Shown: positions 17,422 through 26,106 of the stretch, in pieces
Position numbering within the stretch: the stretch's first letter is position 1
Layout of the letters: the number at the start of each line of letters is the position of its first letter
DNA from: Candidatus Saccharimonadales bacterium
Lineage (GTDB): Bacteria; Patescibacteriota; Saccharimonadia; Saccharimonadales; JAYRRP01
Direction: 5' to 3'
Assembly (NCBI GenBank): GCA_041906765.1
Contig: JAYRIP010000009.1
Span: 1-48,443, forward strand
Length of the DNA stretch: 48,443 nt
Translations under genes and position numbers: made by a program
Notes under the pieces: model-generated
Databases searched by the model: none
What the model was told of the DNA's origin: nothing
What the model saw: only the letters and a program-made list of their open reading frames with translations

Positions 17422-17761
17422 TTAGGATTGCTGATTTTGCGTAGAATTAAAATGCGTGTTTGGCTCTGCTTGGGACACTACTTCATCAGGACTATTGGCA
17501 GTTTCAATAGGGATTTGTTGGACTTCATGGATTGCTGCCGCTTCGCCTATTGCTTTTGGCAGAGGTGTCGAGGCATAAGCAAATCTGATACCTTCAGCTG
17601 ACTCAACAAGTACTCCACCTGTTCGACGTTGTTTTATATTCCCAAAGACAGTTTTTCGTAAAGAGGGATCACCTATCTCGAAACGTTCTTGTAGTCTCTC
17701 TTGGTGGGCAGTTTCTCGTTGTTTTTTCTGCCTTTACTTCTGGAGTGTTTAGTAACCTCAT
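17422..17761 (-). pseudogene. frameshifted small gene (about 112 codons) broken at an A6 run
   Basis: The ATG at 17761 opens a 30-codon frame ending at a TGA. A stop-free stretch of about 105 codons with no start codon continues in the +1 frame from the A6 run (plus-strand T6 at 17722-17727) to the TAA at 17422-17424. Confidence 0.4.
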
Positions 17762-17833
17762 AGCTCTAATTCTACAATGATCACGTTAAAAACAAAGTCT
17801 TTATGACAAGAGAACTAGCGCACACCGGCGTGA

Positions 17834-18277
17834 CTAAAATTGGCTCTCAGCTTCGCCAAGCCTATTAAAAATTTTGTATGCTAACCTGTGGATGATTGTC
17901 ACGCTCAAGACAACGAACAGTACGCCGAAGAAGCCATTGACGTTGATATAGCCGCCGAAGATTAAGTCCAGCGCCCAAATAAATACAAACTTGGATATGA
18001 ACATTACAAGCCAAACACAGAAGAACATCAGCACGCGGTACATTTTACCTTGACGGTTTTTGAGCCAACCAATAATCTTGCTCTTCAGTTGAAACGCTAA
18101 ATAGGTGAGTACTTCCAAAATAATAGATGCAAAGAATATTGTGGAGAAACTTTTAGCGTACACAATCGATGTATAGTCATTAAAAAAGCCGAGCGCCACA
18201 GCATAAATGAATGTCCCGATGAATAGTTCCTGGAAAAGTAATTGCCGTGAACTAAATGTATTTCTTTGAGGCTTCAT
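17834..18277 (-). CDS. 4-TM membrane protein, hypothetical
   Basis: ORF with four hydrophobic helices. Confidence 0.6.
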   Translation of the reverse strand: MKPQRNTFSSRQLLFQELFIGTFIYAVALGFFNDYTSIVYAKSFSTIFFASIILEVLTYLAFQLKSKIIGWLKNRQGKMYRVLMFFCVWLVMFISKFVFIWALDLIFGGYINVNGFFGVLFVVLSVTIIHRLAYKIFNRLGEAESQF

Positions 18278-18370
18278 ATAGTAATTTTATCAAAAGATCG
18301 AGACATAAGACCCGGGGTTGACTAAGGGATTCTAGCAGATGTTATTGCAGCCAAAACTAAAAGCGACTGG

Positions 18371-18874
18371 TTAAGGTTTCAGCCTTCTAACTCCGTAGAT
18401 TTGCTTGTACTTTTCATAGTCTTGGAATTTTTGGAGAGGCCAGACTGTTACTGTGTTATCTACGGGGGTGGCATGAAGTATTTCAAAATCGGAAGTTTTA
18501 TCTCCTGTGTAAATGCCGACATGCCTGACTGGAAAGTCGTGCCAATTTAAGAGCTCACCGTCTTTGTAATCGGGTTCAAACTCATCAAGCTTTATCGGTG
18601 GATCTGACAAGCCGAACCATACTAAATCACCGAGTTTCATTGATTCCACATCGCTAACATCGTCAAAGTATTCCGTGTCTTTATATAGTTCTAAACTTTT
18701 GAAATTAGTAGGCAGAGTAACACCGAATAGTTCTTTAAGCATAAAATGTGCCAGAGAAATGCAGTTTATGCCATCAACTACTGCAAGTTCAAAAGTATGA
18801 GCGTTGTCAGGCCCTTGTGTAAATTCATACTTGAACTCAGCGTTGAGATATTTCTGTACAACGGGGTCCATCAC
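18371..18874 (-). CDS. NlpC/P60 (C40)-like cysteine peptidase-fold protein, no signal peptide
   Basis: Ordered motifs: Cys (INCISLAH), GDLVWFG, HVGIYTG, ILHATP. Confidence 0.55.
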   Translation of the reverse strand: MMDPVVQKYLNAEFKYEFTQGPDNAHTFELAVVDGINCISLAHFMLKELFGVTLPTNFKSLELYKDTEYFDDVSDVESMKLGDLVWFGLSDPPIKLDEFEPDYKDGELLNWHDFPVRHVGIYTGDKTSDFEILHATPVDNTVTVWPLQKFQDYEKYKQIYGVRRLKP

Positions 18875-18974
18875 TGGTAATTATAATCAGTACAGAAGGG
18901 TATACAATACAAAAACTCAAATAACTTAAAGGACTCTTGTGGATACCGGTGCAATTTTATTTAATCAAAGAAAC

Positions 18975-19589
18975 CTAAAAGGGTTGTCTAATAATGGTTT
19001 TTAGTTTTGACGGATCTGTGCGTCGCGCGTCATTTATATATATTTCGTGATGATGCTTATTGGTTTCCTCAAGCGCACCGCCTTGTTCTTTAATGAACTT
19101 ATGTAAACCTAAAATAGTAGGTCCCTCGTTTGAATAAGGCCCTTCGTACATTACTTGGGCGGCTCGGCCCTCATCATATATTTCAAATCTAAGTTTATCT
19201 AATGATGGGGGATTTTTTCGTTGGTAAACTAACTCGACAGCTTCTTTGAACTTATTTTCATCAACTACATCTGGTTGCATAATCATTGCCGTCCACAGCC
19301 AATTACTTTTATCTTTTTCGCTGAAATCGGCCATGTTTTCGGTCCACCAAAGTCCCTCGAGAGGCATCACTCCGAAGTCTTGATTGTGTTTATTTTTGCA
19401 CAAGAATTTTATGGTATAGGCAACAGGATAAAGCGTCTGAATTGCATCGATGTACTCCTGAGAAGTATTAGGGTCACCCTTGCCGTCAAGCATCAAGAAG
19501 TTCATTTTTGGCACGGTAACTACGACTGGTTTACCAACCTTTGCGGTATAAAACTCTTTTAGCTCTTTTTTATAGTCCGTTTTCACCAT
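18975..19589 (-). CDS. GyrI-like small-molecule-binding domain protein
   Basis: Typical pattern: FLMLDGKGDP...Y..A...LY ... PLEGLWW ... W.W.AMI.QP ... HHEIYL-like HHEIYINDARR. Confidence 0.6.
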   Translation of the reverse strand: MVKTDYKKELKEFYTAKVGKPVVVTVPKMNFLMLDGKGDPNTSQEYIDAIQTLYPVAYTIKFLCKNKHNQDFGVMPLEGLWWTENMADFSEKDKSNWLWTAMIMQPDVVDENKFKEAVELVYQRKNPPSLDKLRFEIYDEGRAAQVMYEGPYSNEGPTILGLHKFIKEQGGALEETNKHHHEIYINDARRTDPSKLKTIIRQPF

Positions 19590-19673
19590 AGTTTGATTGT
19601 ATCAAAAAGTTCAAAGTCCCTGTTTAACAACCAAAATTAAGATCTTGTTTCTAAATACTGGTATAGTTTGCTT

Positions 19674-19901
19674 ATGCGAAAGAAACAAAAATTATTAGTG
19701 GTGGCAATAGTGATAATCGCTGTAGTTGCTGGCTTGGCGTTCTATTTTGTTAGGCAGCCATCTGATAGATGTACCTCCCAAGACAGAGGACAGAACAATT
19801 GTGTACCTGCGGGAAGATGTACGCCACCGGGTGACCCGCGTGAGGCAACTATCGACTGCCAAGTGAAGGACTACGATCACAAGTTCAACCTAGACAAATA
19901 A
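19674..19901 (+). CDS. small membrane-anchored Cys-containing protein, hypothetical
   Basis: N-terminal TM helix with an ATG at 19674. Confidence 0.4.
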   Translation: MRKKQKLLVVAIVIIAVVAGLAFYFVRQPSDRCTSQDRGQNNCVPAGRCTPPGDPREATIDCQVKDYDHKFNLDK

Positions 19902-19971
19902 ACATTGCCTAAAATATTACGCTCAAAGCATATTGTGGAGAGCTATCATAATTCATATATACTTATTCAAG

Positions 19972-20259
19972 ATGAATAGCGACCCCAAAATATCTATTTC
20001 ACCAACCCGGCTGAGAGTTGGTGTTTTACTAATATTTATCTGGTGGCTTCCAATTTGGCTCGTGGCTCCACAGATAGCAAATCTACTTGGGGTTGATAGT
20101 AATAATGCCCGAATTTTTATTATGATAATCCAAACTATAATCGGCTTTTTTGGCTTGCTAATAGTTGGTAAACAAGTCGCTAGCATTATGAAAGGTACAC
20201 CTTTCAAGAAGATGATACCAACAGTCTGGAAGGTACTCCGCTCCGGCTCATTTGACTAG
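19972..20259 (+). CDS. small 3-TM membrane protein, hypothetical
   Basis: ORF trimmed to the ATG at 19972. Hydrophobic helices present. Confidence 0.45.
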   Translation: MNSDPKISISPTRLRVGVLLIFIWWLPIWLVAPQIANLLGVDSNNARIFIMIIQTIIGFFGLLIVGKQVASIMKGTPFKKMIPTVWKVLRSGSFD

Positions 20260-20970
20260 TTAATGGTAAGGTTTAATGTCAAGCAACGTATTAACCGTAA
20301 CAAAACTATAGCCGTTCTTTTTTAGTGCCTTTACGGTAAGTTTTAATCCTTCCACGGTTTGGTTGCGTACGGCTCCTTTGCCGTTATAGCCATCGTGGAA
20401 AATTAATATACTGCCAGGTTTGGCGCGTTTTACCGCAGTTTTTGATAGGTGCCGAGCGTTAATATGAAACACTTCTAGATTATGACAAAAAACACCCGAT
20501 ATTGGTTTTAGCCCCAGCGATCTCGCTGTGCCTAACAAAAGTGGAGTTCGAAATAGCCACGGTGGGCGAAATAAAGCCGGTTTTTTGCCTAGTATGGAAT
20601 TGAAAATTTTTTGTGATGCCTTCAACTCTTGCCTAAAGCCGGGTTGCAAAAAATATTTTCCAAAACTATGGCTAAGAGAATGGTTGCCGATTATGTGTCC
20701 AGATTTGACCATTCGTTTTGAAACCTCAGGATGGGCTTGAGCTGCTTTAGCAACCTGAAAGAAAGTTGCTTTAATACCTTCTGAATCTAGAAAATCTAAT
20801 ATCTGAGAAGTATAGGGTTCGTTTGGGCCATCATCAAAAGTAAGGGCAATAACTTTGTTTTTTTCACCTATTTTTCGATAAGGGAAGTCTCCAAAAATTT
20901 GGGAATAAGGTGACATAAACAGCCAATAAGAAAGCGCTAAGGGCGCAATAATTACGGTAACAAAAATCAT
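20260..20970 (-). CDS. polysaccharide deacetylase (NodB homology domain)
   Basis: TFDDGP, ATFF, GNHSLSH. ATGA overlap with the upstream GT2 gene. Confidence 0.88.
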   Translation of the reverse strand: MIFVTVIIAPLALSYWLFMSPYSQIFGDFPYRKIGEKNKVIALTFDDGPNEPYTSQILDFLDSEGIKATFFQVAKAAQAHPEVSKRMVKSGHIIGNHSLSHSFGKYFLQPGFRQELKASQKIFNSILGKKPALFRPPWLFRTPLLLGTARSLGLKPISGVFCHNLEVFHINARHLSKTAVKRAKPGSILIFHDGYNGKGAVRNQTVEGLKLTVKALKKNGYSFVTVNTLLDIKPYH

Positions 20971-21734
20971 CGATTATTAAATTCTTGTAGCTTAGCACTA
21001 ATCTTTTCGCGAATATTTGGAGCTGACCCAATCAACTGAGTGTTGAAGATACGATTCAGATAATATTCCAAAAGATAATAGTAGATTAAGGTTACAAAGA
21101 GGTTATACATTAGACCTCTTTGTAGCCTCCTCGAAGAGGTGAGAGTGGGGTTGGAATTATTAAATACGACCTTGCCCTGTTTTCTTAACTTTCTTAGTAG
21201 ATCCAGTTCGTCACCGCCTTGTGTTAGAGTCGTGTCATAACCGCTCCAGGCAGTTTTTAAAAAGGCCGTATTAGTGGCTGTGATATAAAATGGTCCTCTT
21301 GTAAGTCCAGATAATTTACTAACCAATCCAAACAAGAGGCGTGAGTAAATTGCGCCCCAATATGGTGGATCAACAAACCTGCATGGTCCGGTAACGGCCA
21401 CCACACCCGCTTTGTTAAATTCCTTATCTATTTTTGAAAGCCAGCTTTTACCAAACACGGTATCGGCGTCAGTCGATACTACAATTTCGCCTTTGGCGGC
21501 TTCTGTGCCCTTTTGTCTAGCCCAGCAAACTCCGGGATGTTTTTCTCTGACGACCCGAACGCCATAACTCTTGGCCAGTACTGCCGTAGAGTCGGTACTA
21601 TTGTTGTCGACCACTATTATTTCGTAGCTACCCCGAAAGTCTTGCTCCAGCAACGATTCTAAAGTTTGCCCCAAATAACCCTCCTCATTGAAGGCAGGTA
21701 TTACCACACTAAAACGAGGTTTTACATTTTTCAT
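20967..21734 (-). CDS. family 2 glycosyltransferase
   Basis: SVVIPAFNEE ... VVDNNSTD ... TDADT. Confidence 0.88.
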   Translation of the reverse strand: MKNVKPRFSVVIPAFNEEGYLGQTLESLLEQDFRGSYEIIVVDNNSTDSTAVLAKSYGVRVVREKHPGVCWARQKGTEAAKGEIVVSTDADTVFGKSWLSKIDKEFNKAGVVAVTGPCRFVDPPYWGAIYSRLLFGLVSKLSGLTRGPFYITATNTAFLKTAWSGYDTTLTQGGDELDLLRKLRKQGKVVFNNSNPTLTSSRRLQRGLMYNLFVTLIYYYLLEYYLNRIFNTQLIGSAPNIREKISAKLQEFNNR

Positions 21735-21914
21735 TTCCTTAATTCTACAATAGATAGCTTAGAAATATAGAGTTTAATAGCAGTGCCAGAGATATGTGTG
21801 TAATGTTGCAACTTAACTAAAAGAAAATTACAGTCGCACGTATTTCCAATTACAACCGTTCAGGGTCGGTGTGCCTATAGCGTAGCCATCACTTGAGTTC
21901 TGTCGTAACTAGGA

Positions 21915-22442
21915 TTAAAGTATACGTTCAAATTTAGCGACTTTTACGTGTTTGTTATAAAAGGTTGAGAAACTTTGAGCCATACCAATGTTGTTAAATC
22001 CAGCATCAGCGTAGAAGTTTATTAATTTAGGATTATCTCCAAGACAACATAATCTCAACCCGACCTTATCTCGTTTTCTTGCTTCAACTTCAATATCGGG
22101 CAGCATAGTGTTGCGAAAAAACTGTGTGCCTCTCACTGTATTGCTAGTTGCAAGCTTGCCTATATATAAGTGAGGTGAGTCCGCTTCTGACCAAACAACA
22201 GGAGGACAATCCGCTTCAGCCAAGTTGACGGCTCCAGCAATTCGATCATCCAAATCAAAACAGTGCAGCTCTTCAGCCTCGATATAAGGTACAAAGTAGT
22301 CTTCATCATATCGATCTGGTCTATCAATATGACCTACCTGATTAGCATGTCTGGTTGACTCAGTAAATAAGGTTTGTAGACTTTTGGTTTCTTCTAAGGT
22401 AGCTAACCGCATTTCAGGCACAATAATACCATATTCTGGCAT
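21915..22442 (-). CDS. GNAT-like N-acetyltransferase (tentative)
   Basis: C-terminal L.NFYADAGF motif and appropriate size. Confidence 0.45.
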   Translation of the reverse strand: MPEYGIIVPEMRLATLEETKSLQTLFTESTRHANQVGHIDRPDRYDEDYFVPYIEAEELHCFDLDDRIAGAVNLAEADCPPVVWSEADSPHLYIGKLATSNTVRGTQFFRNTMLPDIEVEARKRDKVGLRLCCLGDNPKLINFYADAGFNNIGMAQSFSTFYNKHVKVAKFERIL

Positions 22443-22494
22443 TATTACAATTTTTGAGGGCTATCTGCTACGCTATCGCAACTACTATTAGAAA

Positions 22495-22995
22495 TTACCA
22501 AGGACATTTAGAAGTTTCTGTGCCAGGTTGGATTTCCTGATTTCCCCATACTAATGCATGCCTTGACCAGAATGGTTTACTCTCAGCATTTGCGTGTGGG
22601 CTATTTGGTGTCGGCGGAGTTTGCGAACCTAGCCATGCGCTATATAAGTCATAGCTCCTATCATCAAGACGTTTTAATGTGATGGCAACCATTGATGACG
22701 GCTGGGGCTGCTGAGATTTGGTAAACCGTATGTGCCTGTCGCGGTTTTTCCGAATGGCGTATACTATTGCATCGCTTTCATTAGTTTCTACCAAGTCGGA
22801 CATTCCTAACGGCTGGCCCGTGTTGGCATCAAATTCCATAATGTCACCTGATATGTCAGTTTTTTCTAGAATTGATTTTACATACGGTCGTATTTGCGGA
22901 GTGTCCTCAAAGTGGGTTGATGCGTGGGAATGGACGGGGTCATATGTTACCTCAATACCATTTTTGGAGCGAGCAAAAAACTCGCGATTATCCAT
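22495..22995 (-). CDS. hypothetical protein (166 aa)
   Basis: ORF trimmed to the ATG at 22995 because the upstream extension runs antisense through tRNA-Lys. Confidence 0.5.
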   Translation of the reverse strand: MDNREFFARSKNGIEVTYDPVHSHASTHFEDTPQIRPYVKSILEKTDISGDIMEFDANTGQPLGMSDLVETNESDAIVYAIRKNRDRHIRFTKSQQPQPSSMVAITLKRLDDRSYDLYSAWLGSQTPPTPNSPHANAESKPFWSRHALVWGNQEIQPGTETSKCPW

Positions 22996-23052
22996 GGGTC
23001 TTATGATAACAAAAGGACCTCTGAAGAGTGGAGGTCTTAAAACGCTTATGCT

Positions 23053-23129
23053 TGGAGGGCCCACTGGGACTCGAACCCAGGACACTCTGCTTAAGAGGCA
23101 GATGCTCTAACCAACTGAGCTATGGGCCC
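23053..23129 (-). tRNA. tRNA-Lys (anticodon CTT), CCA encoded
   Basis: The reverse complement reads GGGCCCA-TA-GCTC..GAGC-A-TCTGC-CTCTTAA-GCAGA-GTGTC-CTGGG-TTCGAGT-CCCAG-TGGGCCC-T-CCA. Confidence 0.93.
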
Positions 23130-23371
23130 ATTTAGAACAGGCGAATAATAGCACATACCTCTGTTGTTGAGCAATCGTACAGCGGCTTTAAGCATTTTCT
23201 AAGCTTTGGTAGGTAAGCTAAGTTTGTCACGGGGGAGAGGCGTGACAGCAACAGGTACCTTCATGAAAGTGGCAAGTCATAGATGGCATGAAAAAGCGCA
23301 GCGGCGCAGGCGAAGAGCCCCATGCCAGGCTTTACCCACGAAACCTCAATGACATTAAATAAGGAGTATGG

Positions 23372-23875
23372 ATGAAGTATAAAAAACACCTAATGGTGGC
23401 GGCCGCGGCGGGGACTGTCGGCTTGGCATCATTAGGAGCAGTAGTTTCGGCACAAACGACTGGCACCACCGCGCAAAGTAGCTTGATTGATAAGATTGCT
23501 CAGAAGTTTAATCTCAAAAAGGAGGATGTAAAAGCAGTCTTTGATCAGGATCATGCCGAACGCGAAACCACCATGCAAAAGCAAGTGGAGGATGAGCTTA
23601 CCCAAGCGGTTAAGGATAAGAAGATTACGGAGGATCAGAAGCAAAAGCTATTAGCAAAACGCAAAGAACTCCAAGCCCAACGGGAGGCAGACCGCGAAAG
23701 TTTTAAGGATAAAACTGAAGCTGAGCGACACACAGCGATGGAGCAGAAGCGAACTGAGCTGGAACAATGGGCAAAAGATAACGGTATTTCTAGCGAATAT
23801 TTACGCTACGTGGCGGGTCATGGTCCGCATGGTCATATGGGGCCACCGCCAGGAGGTGCCAATGTAAATCAGTAG
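23372..23875 (+). CDS. secreted coiled-coil protein with a His/Pro/Gly tail (possibly Spy/CpxP-like)
   Basis: RBS AAGGAG, signal peptide, charged helical repeats including an LTxxQ-like ITEDQ, and a C-terminal GHGPHGHMGPPPGG. Confidence 0.7.
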   Translation: MKYKKHLMVAAAAGTVGLASLGAVVSAQTTGTTAQSSLIDKIAQKFNLKKEDVKAVFDQDHAERETTMQKQVEDELTQAVKDKKITEDQKQKLLAKRKELQAQREADRESFKDKTEAERHTAMEQKRTELEQWAKDNGISSEYLRYVAGHGPHGHMGPPPGGANVNQ

Positions 23876-23908
23876 CCACATGAACACGCAGGCCAGCTTA
23901 CGGTTATT

Positions 23909-23940
23909 GGCCGCCGGATTACCGGCGGCCGTCCCTTTTT
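23909..23940 (+). terminator. rho-independent terminator
   Basis: GGCCGCCGG-ATTA-CCGGCGGCC followed by CCCTTTTT. Confidence 0.8.
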
Positions 23941-23977
23941 AGGCTGAGCCTTACTGATAAGCAGGTACAATATTTAT

Positions 23978-24658
23978 ATGAGGATTTTGATTGTTGAGGA
24001 TGAGCAGAAAATTGCGGACGCCATAAAAAGGGGCTTGGAGCAACATGCCTTTGCAGCCGATACGGCTTATGATGGTGACCGTGGTCTGGCGTTGGCTACC
24101 ACCGAGCCCTACGATTTAGTCATATTAGACCGCATGCTGCCTGGCTCGATCGACGGCATAGGCATCTTAAAGAAAATGCGCGAAGCCGGTTTGCATATAC
24201 CTGTTTTGCTATTGACCGCAAAAGACAAAGTGCTTGATAAGGCCTTTGGTCTTAACAGTGGTGCCGATGATTATCTGGTCAAGCCATTCGCGTTTGTCGA
24301 ACTTATTGCTCGCGTTCGTGCCTTATTGCGACGGCCTGTCGCGGGAGCCGGCACCAAACTGATTTACCAGGATTTAACACTAGATCCTGAAGCGTTAAAA
24401 GTGGGGCGTGCCGGCAAGAATATCGATCTTACCAGCAAAGAATTTGCCTTGTTGGAATATATGATGCGAAACCCGGAACAAACGCTGCGCAAGGAAACAA
24501 TTATGGCGCATGTGTGGGACTATGACGCTGATATTTTGCCTAATACCGTCGAAGTCTACATAGGTTATCTTCGCGGCAAGGTAGATAAACCGTTTACTAG
24601 TCCATCACTTATTCACACCAAACGCGGATTTGGCTATTACTTTGGAGTGAAAACTTAA
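23978..24658 (+). CDS. OmpR/PhoB-family response regulator
   Basis: Receiver domain (DD..., LDRMLPG, LLTAK) plus a C-terminal winged-helix domain (LT.KEF.LLEY..., RGFGY). Confidence 0.93.
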   Translation: MRILIVEDEQKIADAIKRGLEQHAFAADTAYDGDRGLALATTEPYDLVILDRMLPGSIDGIGILKKMREAGLHIPVLLLTAKDKVLDKAFGLNSGADDYLVKPFAFVELIARVRALLRRPVAGAGTKLIYQDLTLDPEALKVGRAGKNIDLTSKEFALLEYMMRNPEQTLRKETIMAHVWDYDADILPNTVEVYIGYLRGKVDKPFTSPSLIHTKRGFGYYFGVKT

Positions 24659-24660
24659 AG

Positions 24661-25680
24661 ATGTTTCACAAGACTATCACCAAGCTGACTGCACTATATC
24701 TGGCAATTATTATGGTGGTGAGTTTATTCTTTAGCGCCAATATTTATAGATTATCCGTTCAGGAATTTGATCGTGATGTGCGTCGCCAACGTGAAGTCAT
24801 TGATCGAGCTCCCGATTTTACTGGTCCGGTTCGTCCACCATTAGACAGGCTTATCCCTTTGCGCGAGACACTTGCCAGCGAAGCAAAGGCACATATACTT
24901 GCCAATTTGTTAGTGACTAATTTGGCGATTTTAGTAGTAGGCGGTTTCCTGAGCTTTTATCTTGCCCGCCGTACTTTACGCCCTATTGAAGAAGCGCATG
25001 AAGCTCTGGAGCGTTTTACGGCTGACGCAAGCCATGAATTGCGCACGCCAATTACCGCTATGAAAACCGAAACTGAGGTCGCGCTGATGAATCCCCAGTT
25101 ATCCCTTAAGCAAGCAAAAGCACAGCTAAGGAGCATACTTGAGGAACTGGGAAAGCTGACAACCTTATCAGATGGTTTATTGCGCTTGGCGCGAATGAAA
25201 AATGCTGATTTACCACAAGACAACCTTCCTCTCAAAGATGTGTTAACAGTTGCAGTGGACCGCGTTAGCCCGCTGGCGCAGCAAAAGCATATCACCGTGC
25301 GTGTACCCAAAACCATTACAGGTAATTACCGGGGCGACAAAGACAGCTTGGTTGAAGCTTTGGTGATAATTCTAGAGAATGCTATTAAATACAGTGCCGA
25401 GAAAAAGGCTATCAATATTACTTCGAGCACAGATCAGCACGTAGTGACATTGGCGATAAAGGATCAAGGGATTGGCATCAAAGCGTCAGAGTTGCCCCAT
25501 ATTTTTGAGCGTTTTTATAGAGCCGATTCGTCACGGCATAAACAAGGTTCTGCCGATGGTTATGGACTAGGTTTGGCGATTGCTAAAAGCATTGTAGATT
25601 TACACGATGGTTCAATAAGCGCCAAAAGTATGCTCGGACAAGGGACTACGGTCACTGTCCAATTACCGATTGCCAAATAA
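24661..25680 (+). CDS. sensor histidine kinase (2 TM, HisKA, HATPase_c)
   Basis: H-box FTADASHELRTPIT, N-box ENAIKYS, G-boxes DQGIGI and GYGLGLAI. Confidence 0.93.
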   Translation: MFHKTITKLTALYLAIIMVVSLFFSANIYRLSVQEFDRDVRRQREVIDRAPDFTGPVRPPLDRLIPLRETLASEAKAHILANLLVTNLAILVVGGFLSFYLARRTLRPIEEAHEALERFTADASHELRTPITAMKTETEVALMNPQLSLKQAKAQLRSILEELGKLTTLSDGLLRLARMKNADLPQDNLPLKDVLTVAVDRVSPLAQQKHITVRVPKTITGNYRGDKDSLVEALVIILENAIKYSAEKKAINITSSTDQHVVTLAIKDQGIGIKASELPHIFERFYRADSSRHKQGSADGYGLGLAIAKSIVDLHDGSISAKSMLGQGTTVTVQLPIAK

Positions 25681-25720
25681 AAATACCTGCTCCAACTTAT
25701 TGATGAACAGGTATTTTATT
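25681..25720. terminator. bidirectional hairpin terminator between convergent genes
   Basis: AAATACCTG (25681-25689) pairs with CAGGTATTT (25708-25716). An A-run lies upstream and a T-run downstream. Confidence 0.55.
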
Positions 25721-25727
25721 ACGTGGC

Positions 25728-26030
25728 TTATACGCCCAGGGGAGTACTACCGCCGATTCCAGGATCGGAGTTTGTATCGGGAGTAAGTTGTTCACTACCC
25801 GGTGCCGACTCTGTTTCTGGCGCTGGTGTAACTGGCGGCGTATCTGCGCCGGGAACTGGCTCGCTGCTAGGTGCAGAGTCCGGAGTTGGTTCCACTGGCG
25901 GCACGAGGCCTGGGTTTGGTACCGGCGGTTCCGGCATAGGGTTTTCCGGCGGTGTTGGCGCCGGTGGTACACCGGGGTCTGTTGGTTGCGGTGTCACCCC
26001 TGGGTCTGGCGTAGGTCCTTGTGGGTCCAT
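25728..26030 (-). CDS. Pro-rich intrinsically disordered small protein (100 aa), tentative
   Basis: RBS GAAAGGAAG lies 5 nt upstream of the ATG at 26030, and a terminator follows. The region is open in several frames because of its composition. Confidence 0.4.
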   Translation of the reverse strand: MDPQGPTPDPGVTPQPTDPGVPPAPTPPENPMPEPPVPNPGLVPPVEPTPDSAPSSEPVPGADTPPVTPAPETESAPGSEQLTPDTNSDPGIGGSTPLGV

Positions 26031-26090
26031 GGTGGCTTCCTTTCTATCTTTTTATATACTCCATCAGTATAACACCATTGCGCAGTGCGC

Positions 26091-26099
26091 TGTTATAAT
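26091..26099 (+). promoter_or_regulatory. extended -10 promoter TGtTATAAT of folD (probably leaderless)
   Basis: The hexamer ends 7 nt before the folD ATG at 26107, leaving no room for an SD sequence. Confidence 0.5.
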
Positions 26100-26106
26100 C
26101 TTTGCC

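Noticed and set aside
22996-23085. N-terminal 30 codons of the ORF 22495-23085
   Set aside because: The extension is the antisense of tRNA-Lys, and an internal ATG at 22995 gives a sensible start.
25723-26106. 128-codon N-terminal extension of folD and the parallel ORFs 25788-26072 and 25697-25972
   Set aside because: Their Gly- or Arg-rich low-complexity translations are caused by the antisense Pro-rich tract. A TGtTATAAT promoter sits directly at the canonical folD start.
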